From contig CAZUAJ010000004.1 of the NCBI GenBank assembly GCA_964618105.1, positions 1-54,763 on the forward strand: 54,763 nt of DNA, in the 5' to 3' direction. The translations under genes were made by a program, and so were the position numbers. Under the pieces are notes generated by a model. The model worked only from the letters and a program-made list of their open reading frames with translations. It had not been told where the DNA came from and searched no databases. Positions 10,237 through 19,820 of this stretch are shown here, piece after piece; within the stretch, counting starts at the first letter, position 1, and every line of letters starts with the position of its first letter. The DNA comes from an uncultured Clostridium sp. (GTDB lineage Bacteria; Bacillota; Clostridia; TANB77; CAG-508).

Positions 10237-11277
10237 TTATGGATTATATGTTATTTCTTTAGTAGCTCTCACTGAATAACCATTTACATTTGTTATTTCA
10301 ACAGAAATTGTATTGTTTCCTTCTCTTAATTGTAATTGTTTTGTTTTTACATTTTTTCTATTTAAATTTGTAGCAGAAAGTTCTTTTCCATTTAAATTAA
10401 TTTTAATGTCTTTTATTCCATCTTTATCTATTGCTTCTATTGATATTGTTGAACCATTTTTCTTTAAATGAATTTCTGGTTTTTCTGTAACAGTAACAGG
10501 CTCAATAATTTTTTCGACATTTCCATTTTTATCTTCTGCTGTAATTTTAATTTCTTTTGTTCCTTTTGTAAGCTCTATTACTTTTGCTATTTCTTTTTGC
10601 CCTTCTTCACTTGCTGTTATTGTAATTGGCTCTTCATTTTCCCATTGATATGTTAAGTAAGATATTTCTGTTTCATCTGTTGCTATAATTGTCATTTTAT
10701 TACTTCCATCTTTCACTTCTATGTTAATAGATGGTTTTGTAATATCAACTCCTGTTAATTGATATATTTTTTGATATTTTATTCTTTTTCCATTAATGTC
10801 CTCAACTGTAAGATTTAATGTGCTATCATAGCCTACAAGAACTATTTCTACTTCTGCATTTGTTCCGCCAATTGGAATTGCTGTTTCTTCACCATTGTTC
10901 CATGAATAAACTAATTTTGAAATTTCAATACTGTTTTCTATACGAACTATAGCTTTGTCATTTACTCTTCCAATTATAACTGATGGAATATTTTCTATTT
11001 TTTTGTCATCTGCTTCCTTGTAAATAGCATAAGATCCTTGTCCTATAAATACAACACCAAAAAACAGAAGTGCAATTGCAAAGAATTTTATTATTCCTTC
11101 TATTTCAATTGGTTTTCCCGATTTAGTTGTTTTTGTTTTAATTTTTGTTTTTACTGTAGAATTATTAATTTGGTTCATTCTTGCAACATTAGGTTTTTCA
11201 CTTGTATTTATATTTTCATTTTTTTTTAAATTATTGTCTTCTTTTTTATTGTTTTCGACAGCAAGAATTTGATTCAT
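10237..11277 (-). CDS. Membrane-anchored hypothetical protein with Ig-like beta domains
   Basis: 346 aa ORF with GGAG RBS, single TM segment, beta-rich repeats such as ITAEDKNGN. Confidence 0.6.
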   Translation of the reverse strand: MNQILAVENNKKEDNNLKKNENINTSEKPNVARMNQINNSTVKTKIKTKTTKSGKPIEIEGIIKFFAIALLFFGVVFIGQGSYAIYKEADDKKIENIPSVIIGRVNDKAIVRIENSIEISKLVYSWNNGEETAIPIGGTNAEVEIVLVGYDSTLNLTVEDINGKRIKYQKIYQLTGVDITKPSINIEVKDGSNKMTIIATDETEISYLTYQWENEEPITITASEEGQKEIAKVIELTKGTKEIKITAEDKNGNVEKIIEPVTVTEKPEIHLKKNGSTISIEAIDKDGIKDIKINLNGKELSATNLNRKNVKTKQLQLREGNNTISVEITNVNGYSVRATKEITYNP

Positions 11278-11353
11278 CTGCTTGTTCTCCTTTAATACAT
11301 TTTACCTTATTTATTATATCACAAGCATTTTTTAATGTAAATGTTGAAATATA

Positions 11354-11391
11354 AAAAAATAATGCTAAAACTTATTTTAGCATTATTTTTT
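11354..11391 (-). terminator. Intrinsic terminator
   Basis: AAAAAAATAATGCTAAAA / TTTTAGCATTATTTTTT inverted repeat directly after the adhesin stop. Confidence 0.7.
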
Positions 11392-11395
11392 GCTT

Positions 11396-14300
11396 TTATT
11401 CAATTACAAATTTCTTTATTAATACTGTTCCAGTTGTAATTATAATTGCTACTGACAAAGCTAGTATAAAATAAGTTTGTGCACCACCTGTTGCAGTAGA
11501 AATTATAACAGGTGCATCATCTTCATCATCTTCATTTTTTACGTCATTACCTGGTGTAGAATCTATATCAGGTGAATCATATTCATTTTCATCTTCATAT
11601 ATTTCTGCCCAGTTAGTTTTTACACCCATGTTATCTTTTCCATTTATCCATGTAAGAATAATTTCTACTGTTTGACTTTCTCCTGGTTCTATAAGAACAT
11701 CTTTTAATTGGTCAGTTAATACTTTTCCGTCTTCTTCTCTCCAATTTGGATTGTCTTTAGCAACAAATTTTAGACCTTCTGGAATATAATCAATTACTTC
11801 TTTTGCATATCCAGCAATTTCACCTTCATTTGTAATTTTTATACTAAATTTAAATTTTACAGTTGTTTTGTTAATTCTGTCTGAACGCACTTCAACTTTT
11901 GCTGGTGGTTCTGGATTTTCATCACCAGTATGTCCAGTTTTTGTAACTGTTGTTTTTCCATCATAAGTAACTATTGATTCTGTAACCCATTTTTTTAGGC
12001 TTAAATCAAAATATTTTACTTTAATTTTTTCAATATCTTGATCATCTTCATCTGGATTGTTATTATCTGGTGTTGAATCTATGTCGTCAACTTCATCTCC
12101 ATTTTCATCAGCATCATCAGTAATTTCTGCTGTATTTATAATTATTCTGTCAGATGTATTTGGCTCTGTTACTTTAAATGCAATTTTTATATCTCTATAA
12201 TCTGGCATTGTCATTGTTTGTGGATCAAAACCTTTTATCAAGTTTTTATTATCAACATCATTTTCTTTTGATAAATAATCTGTTTTTACATATTTTGCTT
12301 CATTTATATTTTGAGTTTCTGTTCCGTCTTCTTTGTACATTTTCCATTTAAATGCTGTATTTACACTATTTTCTGGTAAATATTCTAATCCTTCTGGCAA
12401 GTTATCTTTTATTTCATCTACATAGCCATCCATATTACCTTCGTTAAATATTCTTAATGTATATATAACAATATTTCCGTTAGCCACTTCTAGTGGTTCC
12501 TTAGTATGTATATATTTATATTCACTATTTTCTGTAACAGTAAATACCGGAGCTCTATTTGTTATTTCTTTTTCATTAACTCCTGTTATAAACTTTCTTA
12601 AAGCTAAGTCAAATCTTCTTATTATCAATTTTTCAAAATCATCATCATCTTGTTGACCTTTAATATATTTATCTCCACGCTCTATTTCTGTGTCTTTGTA
12701 CTCTGGTAAAGTTGCATCTGTTGGTAATACTACATTAGCTTTTTGAGAATCTCTATCTACAACCGTATTCCCATTTTTGTCTGTAAAGTCAGTAATATCT
12801 GCTATATTGGTTATTTTTTCGTAAAGATTTATATTATCTTTAACTCTGCATCTAATTTGTACATCAATATAATCTAATGTTGTTCCATCATAAGCTTTTA
12901 TTAAAACTTTGTCATCAGTATTTGTTCTATTTGCATAAATAACGTCTCTATTAGCTGTGTTTAATGTCCTTGGTGATGTTATGTCTGTTTTTATTGTTCT
13001 TCCATCTGCTGAAACAGTCCAACCATATTTTGCATTTATTTCATCATCTATAATAAACTCTAACTGTGCCGGCAAATGGTCTGTTATTTCATTAACATAA
13101 CCGTCTATTTGACCTTCATTATATACTCTTATTGTATATGTTACAATATCATTATTTGAAACATCTACTGGTGTTTTATCATGATTATATATTGCTGTAG
13201 TTCCTGTTCTATCTTTTAAATGAGTAGTATCAACTTGTGGTGTTCTATTATAATCTTTTACCTTTGTTCCAGATTTTACTTGTGTAATAAACTTTCTTAG
13301 TGATAAATCAAAATATTGTCCTAATATTACTAAATTTTCAAAATCATCATCATCTTGTTGACTTTGTTGCCCATAATTGTTTGTATTAACATTATTTGGC
13401 TGTGAATCACGGTCTGTAACTGTATTATTTCCATCTTTATCTTTATGTGCTGTTATTTCTGCTATGTTTTTTAATGTTTGGTCATTGCTTTCAACTGTTG
13501 CAATTACTTCACATTCTATTTCTAAATCTTTAAAATCTAAAGTTGTACCATCAAATTTATTAAGCATTTTGTCAGCTAAATATGATGTTGTTATTTTTTT
13601 ACCATCTGTTGTTGTCCAACCATAAGTTGTATTTATTTGGCTGTTTTCTGCTAATTTCAATCCTGTTGGTAAATAATCTGTTACTTCTGTTGCGTAGCCG
13701 TCTATTTCACCTTCATTATATACCCTAATTTTATATACTACTTTATCTCCTGTTTTTACAGTTAATGCATTTTTAGGATGTACTTTATTTGCTGTTGTTT
13801 GACCTCCTGCTAATTTTGTAAGTTCTTCAGCACTAACTACTGGTGTTCTGTCCACTGTTGGTGCAACTCCATTTATTGATGTTATAAATTTTCTTAATGC
13901 TAAGTCAAATTTCTTTTCTTCAACTGGTTTGTTATCACTAACACTATCTTCAAAAGTTAAATATTCTTTTTCAATAATTACAACTGGTTGGTCATTTTGA
14001 GTTGGATTTTCAACTGACCAATAGTTTGTTTTCGTTACTGTATATGAACCTGTAATGCTTAATTTTATTGTATTTGCATTTGTTGTTACTGGTATGGAAA
14101 TATAAAAATTTTCTCCTACTAAATCTTTTATTGTTGTTCCTGTTGACACTTGTTGTTTGTTTTTATCTAGTAATATTACATCTGAAATAGCATTTTCATT
14201 TTCGTTTGTAATGCTTACTTCAAATGAATATGGAATATCATTTAATTTTTCTATTTTATATGGTCCTATTATATATCTATTTCCCACAGTTTCAAAACTT

Positions 14301-15121
14301 CTTGTTGTACTAGCTATTTGTATTGGTGCAGATGTTGTTGGTGTTGTTGTATAACTAAAACCTATTGCTTGTGGCGTTTTTACCAAGTAGTCAAATAAAG
14401 TTTGTGCTGCATCAGCTCTTTCTTCTCCATTCACAAATACATCTCTTTCAGTTATAGATTTGTAGTTTGCATCAGTTCCTTTAACTGCATTTAAAAAGAA
14501 ATTAACTGTTTCAACATGATAATCACCTGTTGGATTTGTATAATACCAAACTGCTAATTGCTGTACTGCATCTATATCATCATCTGTTAATAATTCCATT
14601 TCTTCAATTGAACTTACACCTGTAGTATTTGTATTACTGTTAAGTGCAGCTGTTAATAAAGCTGTTCTACTAGCTTTTGCTTGATTTTTTATTAAAGTTG
14701 ATGCTGTTGTTTTAGGTGCTACATAACAATTGTCTAAAATCCATAATAGTGCTTGATAATTGTTACTATTTTGTGGTAAAGCTGTTTGATAAATTGCAGG
14801 TATATTGATTAAATCTTTTAAATTATAGTATTGTGTATAATGCGTTTCTACAGGACTTCCGCCAGACATATAGTCACTTGAACCAAAACCTGGTCCACCT
14901 TTTAAACAATATATGGTATCTTCTGCATTTGTACCTTTTTCCCAAATTTTCCATATATTTTTAGCTGAACTTCCCATTTGATAGCCATAACCTGAATTTC
15001 TTAACATTTTTAGGTTAAGATATTTACTTCCTGTTGCTGCTTTTACATTTGAAAATAAGCTAAATAAAAATGTCATAAATAATAGAGTTATTAAAAATAT
15101 TATTACTTTCTTTGTTTTCAT
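11396..15121 (-). CDS. Surface adhesin with Cys-Gln thioester domain and four DUF11-like repeats
   Basis: Signal peptide; YCL and QQLAVW (TQxA-like) motifs; four repeats starting FDL(A/S)L(R/K)K; C-terminal STATG + TM + KK tail. Confidence 0.75.
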   Translation of the reverse strand: MKTKKVIIFLITLLFMTFLFSLFSNVKAATGSKYLNLKMLRNSGYGYQMGSSAKNIWKIWEKGTNAEDTIYCLKGGPGFGSSDYMSGGSPVETHYTQYYNLKDLINIPAIYQTALPQNSNNYQALLWILDNCYVAPKTTASTLIKNQAKASRTALLTAALNSNTNTTGVSSIEEMELLTDDDIDAVQQLAVWYYTNPTGDYHVETVNFFLNAVKGTDANYKSITERDVFVNGEERADAAQTLFDYLVKTPQAIGFSYTTTPTTSAPIQIASTTRSFETVGNRYIIGPYKIEKLNDIPYSFEVSITNENENAISDVILLDKNKQQVSTGTTIKDLVGENFYISIPVTTNANTIKLSITGSYTVTKTNYWSVENPTQNDQPVVIIEKEYLTFEDSVSDNKPVEEKKFDLALRKFITSINGVAPTVDRTPVVSAEELTKLAGGQTTANKVHPKNALTVKTGDKVVYKIRVYNEGEIDGYATEVTDYLPTGLKLAENSQINTTYGWTTTDGKKITTSYLADKMLNKFDGTTLDFKDLEIECEVIATVESNDQTLKNIAEITAHKDKDGNNTVTDRDSQPNNVNTNNYGQQSQQDDDDFENLVILGQYFDLSLRKFITQVKSGTKVKDYNRTPQVDTTHLKDRTGTTAIYNHDKTPVDVSNNDIVTYTIRVYNEGQIDGYVNEITDHLPAQLEFIIDDEINAKYGWTVSADGRTIKTDITSPRTLNTANRDVIYANRTNTDDKVLIKAYDGTTLDYIDVQIRCRVKDNINLYEKITNIADITDFTDKNGNTVVDRDSQKANVVLPTDATLPEYKDTEIERGDKYIKGQQDDDDFEKLIIRRFDLALRKFITGVNEKEITNRAPVFTVTENSEYKYIHTKEPLEVANGNIVIYTLRIFNEGNMDGYVDEIKDNLPEGLEYLPENSVNTAFKWKMYKEDGTETQNINEAKYVKTDYLSKENDVDNKNLIKGFDPQTMTMPDYRDIKIAFKVTEPNTSDRIIINTAEITDDADENGDEVDDIDSTPDNNNPDEDDQDIEKIKVKYFDLSLKKWVTESIVTYDGKTTVTKTGHTGDENPEPPAKVEVRSDRINKTTVKFKFSIKITNEGEIAGYAKEVIDYIPEGLKFVAKDNPNWREEDGKVLTDQLKDVLIEPGESQTVEIILTWINGKDNMGVKTNWAEIYEDENEYDSPDIDSTPGNDVKNEDDEDDAPVIISTATGGAQTYFILALSVAIIITTGTVLIKKFVIE

Positions 15122-15524
15122 TATTGCTTTACCTTCCTTTTATTTTTATTAATATATATACTTATATTTTAATTGTGCATTCAAAATAAGTCAATAGTAG
15201 TATTTTCCTTTGTTTTTTCTATTATTTTATTTTAGTTTTTTTATACTTACGGATTGTTACTTTTTGTTTTGAATACTTACTTTTTGATCTCATATTACAA
15301 TTATATTACATTTTTGTAATATTTCCAATAGTTTTAGCCTGTTTATTACCTGTTTTCCTTATTTCCGTAGTGTTTTTGGTTTCTTTATAAATTCTATATT
15401 AATATATAATAAGAAAAGTGGCTTCGCAAATATGCACAACCTAATGTAACTTAACCTTGTAATATAGGCAAAATTTTCGATTTTTCCTATAAAAAAAAGA
15501 TAAGAAAAATTTCTTACCTTTTTA

Positions 15525-15598
15525 TGGAGGCGCCTATCGGAATCGAACCGATGATCAGAGTTTTGCAGACTCGTGCCTTACCTCTTGGCTAAGGCGCC
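15525..15598 (-). tRNA. tRNA-Cys (GCA)
   Basis: GGCGCCT acceptor stem, anticodon loop CTGCAAA, TTCGATT T-loop, encoded CCA. Confidence 0.95.
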
Positions 15599-15627
15599 AA
15601 AGATTAAATTATTAGTATTAAAAAAAA

Positions 15628-15703
15628 TGGAGCGGGAAACGGGGCTCAAACCCGCGACCTCTGCCTTGGCAAGGCAGCGCTCTATCAACTGAGCTATTCC
15701 CGC
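15628..15703 (-). tRNA. tRNA-Gly (GCC) with A19/U56 elbow variant
   Basis: GCGGGAA acceptor, anticodon arm CTGCC-TTGCCAA-GGCAG, encoded CCA; D-loop AGTTGATA and T-loop TTTGAGC. Confidence 0.93.
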
Positions 15704-15751
15704 GTATGCTTTTTTAAAGCATATTTATAATAGCAAATTTTTTTATAAAAG

Positions 15752-17020
15752 TCAAGGTACTAATGATAAAAAATCAATAAAATAATCAAATATATCTTTT
15801 TTTGGTATTTCTTCTGTATTAAATATACTTAAATTTGCTATTGTTTCACCTTTTATTTTCACTTTTATATTTCCTACAATTTTATTTTTTTCTACTGGTG
15901 CTTCTAAGTAATATAGAGAATTTATCTCTATTTCAATGTTGTCAATATTACTCTTTTTTATAGCTATTTCTGTGTTTTCCATATTTTCAATTTCTAAATT
16001 TATATTTTGTGTTTTTGCTTTGTTTATATATATTCGTTTAACATTTAATTGTTTCCAATTTTCAAATTTTTCTTTTATTTTGTTTTCAATGTTTATTACT
16101 TCATAGTTTTGATTTGCATATTCAATTAGTTTTATGCTATCTGATGTTCTTATTTTTTTAGTATCTGCTCCTAATATTACTGTAATAATATCCAAATTGT
16201 TTCTTTTACATGCTGTTACTAAACATCTTCCTGCACCATTTGTGAAACCTGTTTTTACACCATATACTCCATATAAATTTCCAAGTAATTCATTTGTATT
16301 ACCTATCAATCTACTTTTGGCATTTATTGTAATATTATATGATTTTGAACTAACAATTTCTTTAAATTTAGGAATATTTAGAGCATAATCTGCCATACAC
16401 GCTAATTCATAAGCTGTTGTATAGTGTTTATCTTTGTCTAATCCATCTGGAGTTACAAAATGGCTATTTATTAATCCAAGTTCTTTTGCTTTTTTATTCA
16501 TAATTTCAGCAAATTCAGTTATTCCACCTCCAACATATTCTGCTAAGGCAACTGCTGCATCATTTCCAGATTTAAGCAGTAATCCATATAATAAATCATG
16601 TATGGTAATTTTGTCGCCTGTTTTTAATCCAAGTCTTGAACCTCCTGTTCCTGCTGCTTTTTTACTTATTGTTACAATATCGCTCAAATTTGCATTTTCT
16701 AAAACTACTATTGATGTCATTATTTTTGTAGTACTTGCCATTGGTACTTGTTTTAATCCATTTTTTTCATATAATATTGTTTTAGATTTTCTGTCAAATA
16801 TTAAACCAATTTTTGAGTTTATTTTTAATTCTTCTGTATTATTTGCAACAGTTTCAACGGTTTCTTCTTTTATTTTATTTACATTAATAATTTCATTGTC
16901 ATCTATATTAGCATAGCAAATATTATTTATTAGTAATATATTAGTTATTATAAATATTATGTATATTTTTTTCCAACTTTTTATAAAGCTTATAATTTTG
17001 TTCTTTTTTTTATTTTTCAT
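15752..17020 (-). CDS. D-alanyl-D-alanine carboxypeptidase (peptidase S11)
   Basis: SxxK (ASTTK), SGN and KTG motifs; N-terminal TM segment. Confidence 0.9.
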   Translation of the reverse strand: MKNKKKNKIISFIKSWKKIYIIFIITNILLINNICYANIDDNEIINVNKIKEETVETVANNTEELKINSKIGLIFDRKSKTILYEKNGLKQVPMASTTKIMTSIVVLENANLSDIVTISKKAAGTGGSRLGLKTGDKITIHDLLYGLLLKSGNDAAVALAEYVGGGITEFAEIMNKKAKELGLINSHFVTPDGLDKDKHYTTAYELACMADYALNIPKFKEIVSSKSYNITINAKSRLIGNTNELLGNLYGVYGVKTGFTNGAGRCLVTACKRNNLDIITVILGADTKKIRTSDSIKLIEYANQNYEVINIENKIKEKFENWKQLNVKRIYINKAKTQNINLEIENMENTEIAIKKSNIDNIEIEINSLYYLEAPVEKNKIVGNIKVKIKGETIANLSIFNTEEIPKKDIFDYFIDFLSLVP

Positions 17021-17078
17021 ATAAAAATCACCTTTTACATTATATTTATAAAGGTGATTTTTATGAATTATTTAATAT

Positions 17079-18350
17079 TTATCTTCTTGCATCTCTCGCT
17101 TCTGCGTCTCCCCATGGTGTTCTACCTTCGTTTTCTTCTTCTCTTTCTTCTTCTTGTAGTATTTCTTCTTTTTCTCTTATTTCATTATCAACTTTTTCCT
17201 TTGCTTGTTCTTTTGTTAGTGTTTCTTCTCCTATCATATAATTAAAAATTTTTACTGCTTCTTCTTTTTGATAGCCTTCTTTTATGAATTCTTCTATTAT
17301 TTCGTTTGAATGTTGTATTAAGTACATTTCTTCATATTGAACACCATCTTGTACTAATCCAGTTTTTTCTACTGAACTATAATTTTTTGTTTCTTTATTT
17401 GGATCTGCTTCTCCTGTTCTTATAGACGTTTCTTCATTTACTCTTGAACTATTGTAATTCCTTCCCATTACTTCAACATCATGTGCTGCCCACTGTCCAT
17501 TTTTACCTTGTCTTGCTTCTTCTATATCCATATAGCCATATGTATCAAATTTTACATTAAATCTAATGTCTCTTACATCTTTATCTCTTCCTGTTAAATT
17601 GGTTGTTTGCATAACTTGTTGTGGAACTTCTTTGGTAACTGGATTTCCATCACTACCTATTGATATTGTTTCTTGCCTTAAACCTGTTGATGATGACATT
17701 ATATATTTTGAAGGTTGTAAATTACCATCATTATCAATATATTCTGCTCTTACTATTCCATCACTATCACGGCTAAATATTAGGTCTTTTTCTATTTCTG
17801 GGTGGTCTTTGTATAAATTACTATTAGCTCTTACTTTTAATACATTATTTACTGGTATTCCCTTTTTATTTGCAATTTCTTGTTCTTCATTTTGTGGCTC
17901 TTCTTTGTCTATTTCTTGTTTATCTTTTTCTTGCTTTGATGCAATTTCTTCTATTTGTTCTTTCTCAATCAAAATATCTTTTTCTTGTAGTTTTTCTGGC
18001 AATTCTAGTTCAGCATCATCTAGATTTAGCATTTCAAAATATTGCTCATATTCTTGTCTTAATTTTTCTATAAGTTCTGGACTAAAATGGATTTTTCCAT
18101 TTTCATCTGTTGTTGCAATTAAATTACCTTGATTGTTGTATATTTCATAAAATTCTTGAGTTCCTTTTTCACTTTCTTTTTCTATTTTAGTAACAAATAT
18201 ATCTTTTTCTATAAATCCACTTGAATCAAAAGCAAATTCACTATAATATGTTATGTTTGAAATTTTTGTATTTTTATTTTCTCTTTCTGCTATCTGTGTA
18301 TAAATATTAGCCATCGTTTTCTTTATTTCTTCTGTTTTTTCTTGTTTCAT
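17079..18350 (-). CDS. Acidic hypothetical protein
   Basis: 423 aa ORF with AAGGAG RBS, Glu-rich, no motif I recognise. Confidence 0.6.
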   Translation of the reverse strand: MKQEKTEEIKKTMANIYTQIAERENKNTKISNITYYSEFAFDSSGFIEKDIFVTKIEKESEKGTQEFYEIYNNQGNLIATTDENGKIHFSPELIEKLRQEYEQYFEMLNLDDAELELPEKLQEKDILIEKEQIEEIASKQEKDKQEIDKEEPQNEEQEIANKKGIPVNNVLKVRANSNLYKDHPEIEKDLIFSRDSDGIVRAEYIDNDGNLQPSKYIMSSSTGLRQETISIGSDGNPVTKEVPQQVMQTTNLTGRDKDVRDIRFNVKFDTYGYMDIEEARQGKNGQWAAHDVEVMGRNYNSSRVNEETSIRTGEADPNKETKNYSSVEKTGLVQDGVQYEEMYLIQHSNEIIEEFIKEGYQKEEAVKIFNYMIGEETLTKEQAKEKVDNEIREKEEILQEEEREEENEGRTPWGDAEARDARR

Positions 18351-18465
18351 AACTGTGTACTCCTTAATTTAAATTTAAACTATTATATCATATATGTAAA
18401 TAATAAACTACTAAAATTAAAAAATAAGCCAATAAAGTATTTTTACCTTATTAGCTTATTTTATT

Positions 18466-19806
18466 TTAAACACTAAATGACATTACAAAGTCTGTTCCTT
18501 CTTTTAGTTGCATTACAAATGTCTTCTTAACTGTTTTTTTGTTTTTTTCTGTCTTGTCTGTTATTGTTACTTCAAATGTATATATATCTCCTTGTTTTTT
18601 GCCATTTCTAGATTTAGCTTTGTTTATTTCAAAGAAATTACTTTTTATATAATTTTCAAATTCTCCTTGATTTTTAAAATTGTTTTGTTTAAACGTTGGG
18701 TCTAATTTATTATATACATACCCATAATCTTTGTTATTTAATGCCTCAAAACATTTTTGAAGATTTAATATTACTTTGTCTTCTTCTGATGCTACTTCAT
18801 ATTTTTCAGTAAATTCTGGCAAATTTACTGTGTATGTGTCTAAAATTACTGTATAGTCCATTACTGCTGTTTCTCTGAATATATAGTAATTTTCATTTTG
18901 GTCTACGCATACATATTGGGTATAATTATCTGTTTTGCTTTTTTGATATTTTTCTACACTCATGGTAACAATTTTTGCAGTATTTGTTTTTAAATAATTT
19001 TTAAAATTATTTATATTTCCAAATTTTTCTTTTCTATAATTTTCATCTAATTTACTATATGCTAATTCTGCATTAAATAATAATTCAGATTTATAGCTAT
19101 CAAACATATCTGAAACATAGGTGTCTTCATCTATTACTTTACGTTCATATATATTGTATATATTTTTTTCTATTTGCTCATTAAATTTTATATTTAAGTT
19201 CTCTCCTATTTTTACTTCATTATATTTTTCATTTATATAATCTTCTAGGAAAATACTAAATGTTTGATTTGACGAGTCCACTTCAACCATTATATAGAAA
19301 TTTGAAATGTTTGATTTGCTATCTCTTAATGTACCTTTAACAAAATATCTTGCAATATTCGCATCATGTTCACTAACATACATTTTATTTATATCTACTG
19401 TTGTTCCTTTTTCTTCTTTTAATTTTTCTAGTATGTTGCTTTGAGTAATATTTCTTAGGTCTTTGTATTCTGATGATAACATGTTATATACAGCTTGTGC
19501 ACTTTCTTTCTTTATATTTTTTATATAATTCTCAGTTTCTTCATCTATTATTTTATAGCTTTCTTCTTGACTATATATATTTGAATAATATGTATAAAAT
19601 TTAGTTACACAATTTTTTACTATATAAAAATTATCTAGTATTGACACTTGTTTTATTGTTTCTGTAAAATCTGTTCTTTCTTGAACTCTTCCCTCTTCTG
19701 GAGTAACTTGTATATGTTCATCATTATTATTTAAACATAATAGAATTATAGATGTTATTAAAATTACTATTATTATACTTATAATTATAATCCACTTTTT
19801 CATCAA
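18466..19806 (-). CDS. Membrane-anchored hypothetical protein of the T4SS-like cluster
   Basis: 446 aa, N-terminal TM, AAGGAG RBS, closely packed with upstream genes, followed by a hairpin at about 18422-18462. Confidence 0.6.
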   Translation of the reverse strand: MMKKWIIIISIIIVILITSIILLCLNNNDEHIQVTPEEGRVQERTDFTETIKQVSILDNFYIVKNCVTKFYTYYSNIYSQEESYKIIDEETENYIKNIKKESAQAVYNMLSSEYKDLRNITQSNILEKLKEEKGTTVDINKMYVSEHDANIARYFVKGTLRDSKSNISNFYIMVEVDSSNQTFSIFLEDYINEKYNEVKIGENLNIKFNEQIEKNIYNIYERKVIDEDTYVSDMFDSYKSELLFNAELAYSKLDENYRKEKFGNINNFKNYLKTNTAKIVTMSVEKYQKSKTDNYTQYVCVDQNENYYIFRETAVMDYTVILDTYTVNLPEFTEKYEVASEEDKVILNLQKCFEALNNKDYGYVYNKLDPTFKQNNFKNQGEFENYIKSNFFEINKAKSRNGKKQGDIYTFEVTITDKTEKNKKTVKKTFVMQLKEGTDFVMSFSV

Positions 19807-19820
19807 ATTTCTCCTTTTAA

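Noticed and set aside
15661-15677. tRNA-Gly as a classical quadruplet suppressor
   Set aside because: The anticodon loop is a normal 7 nt (TTGCCAA).
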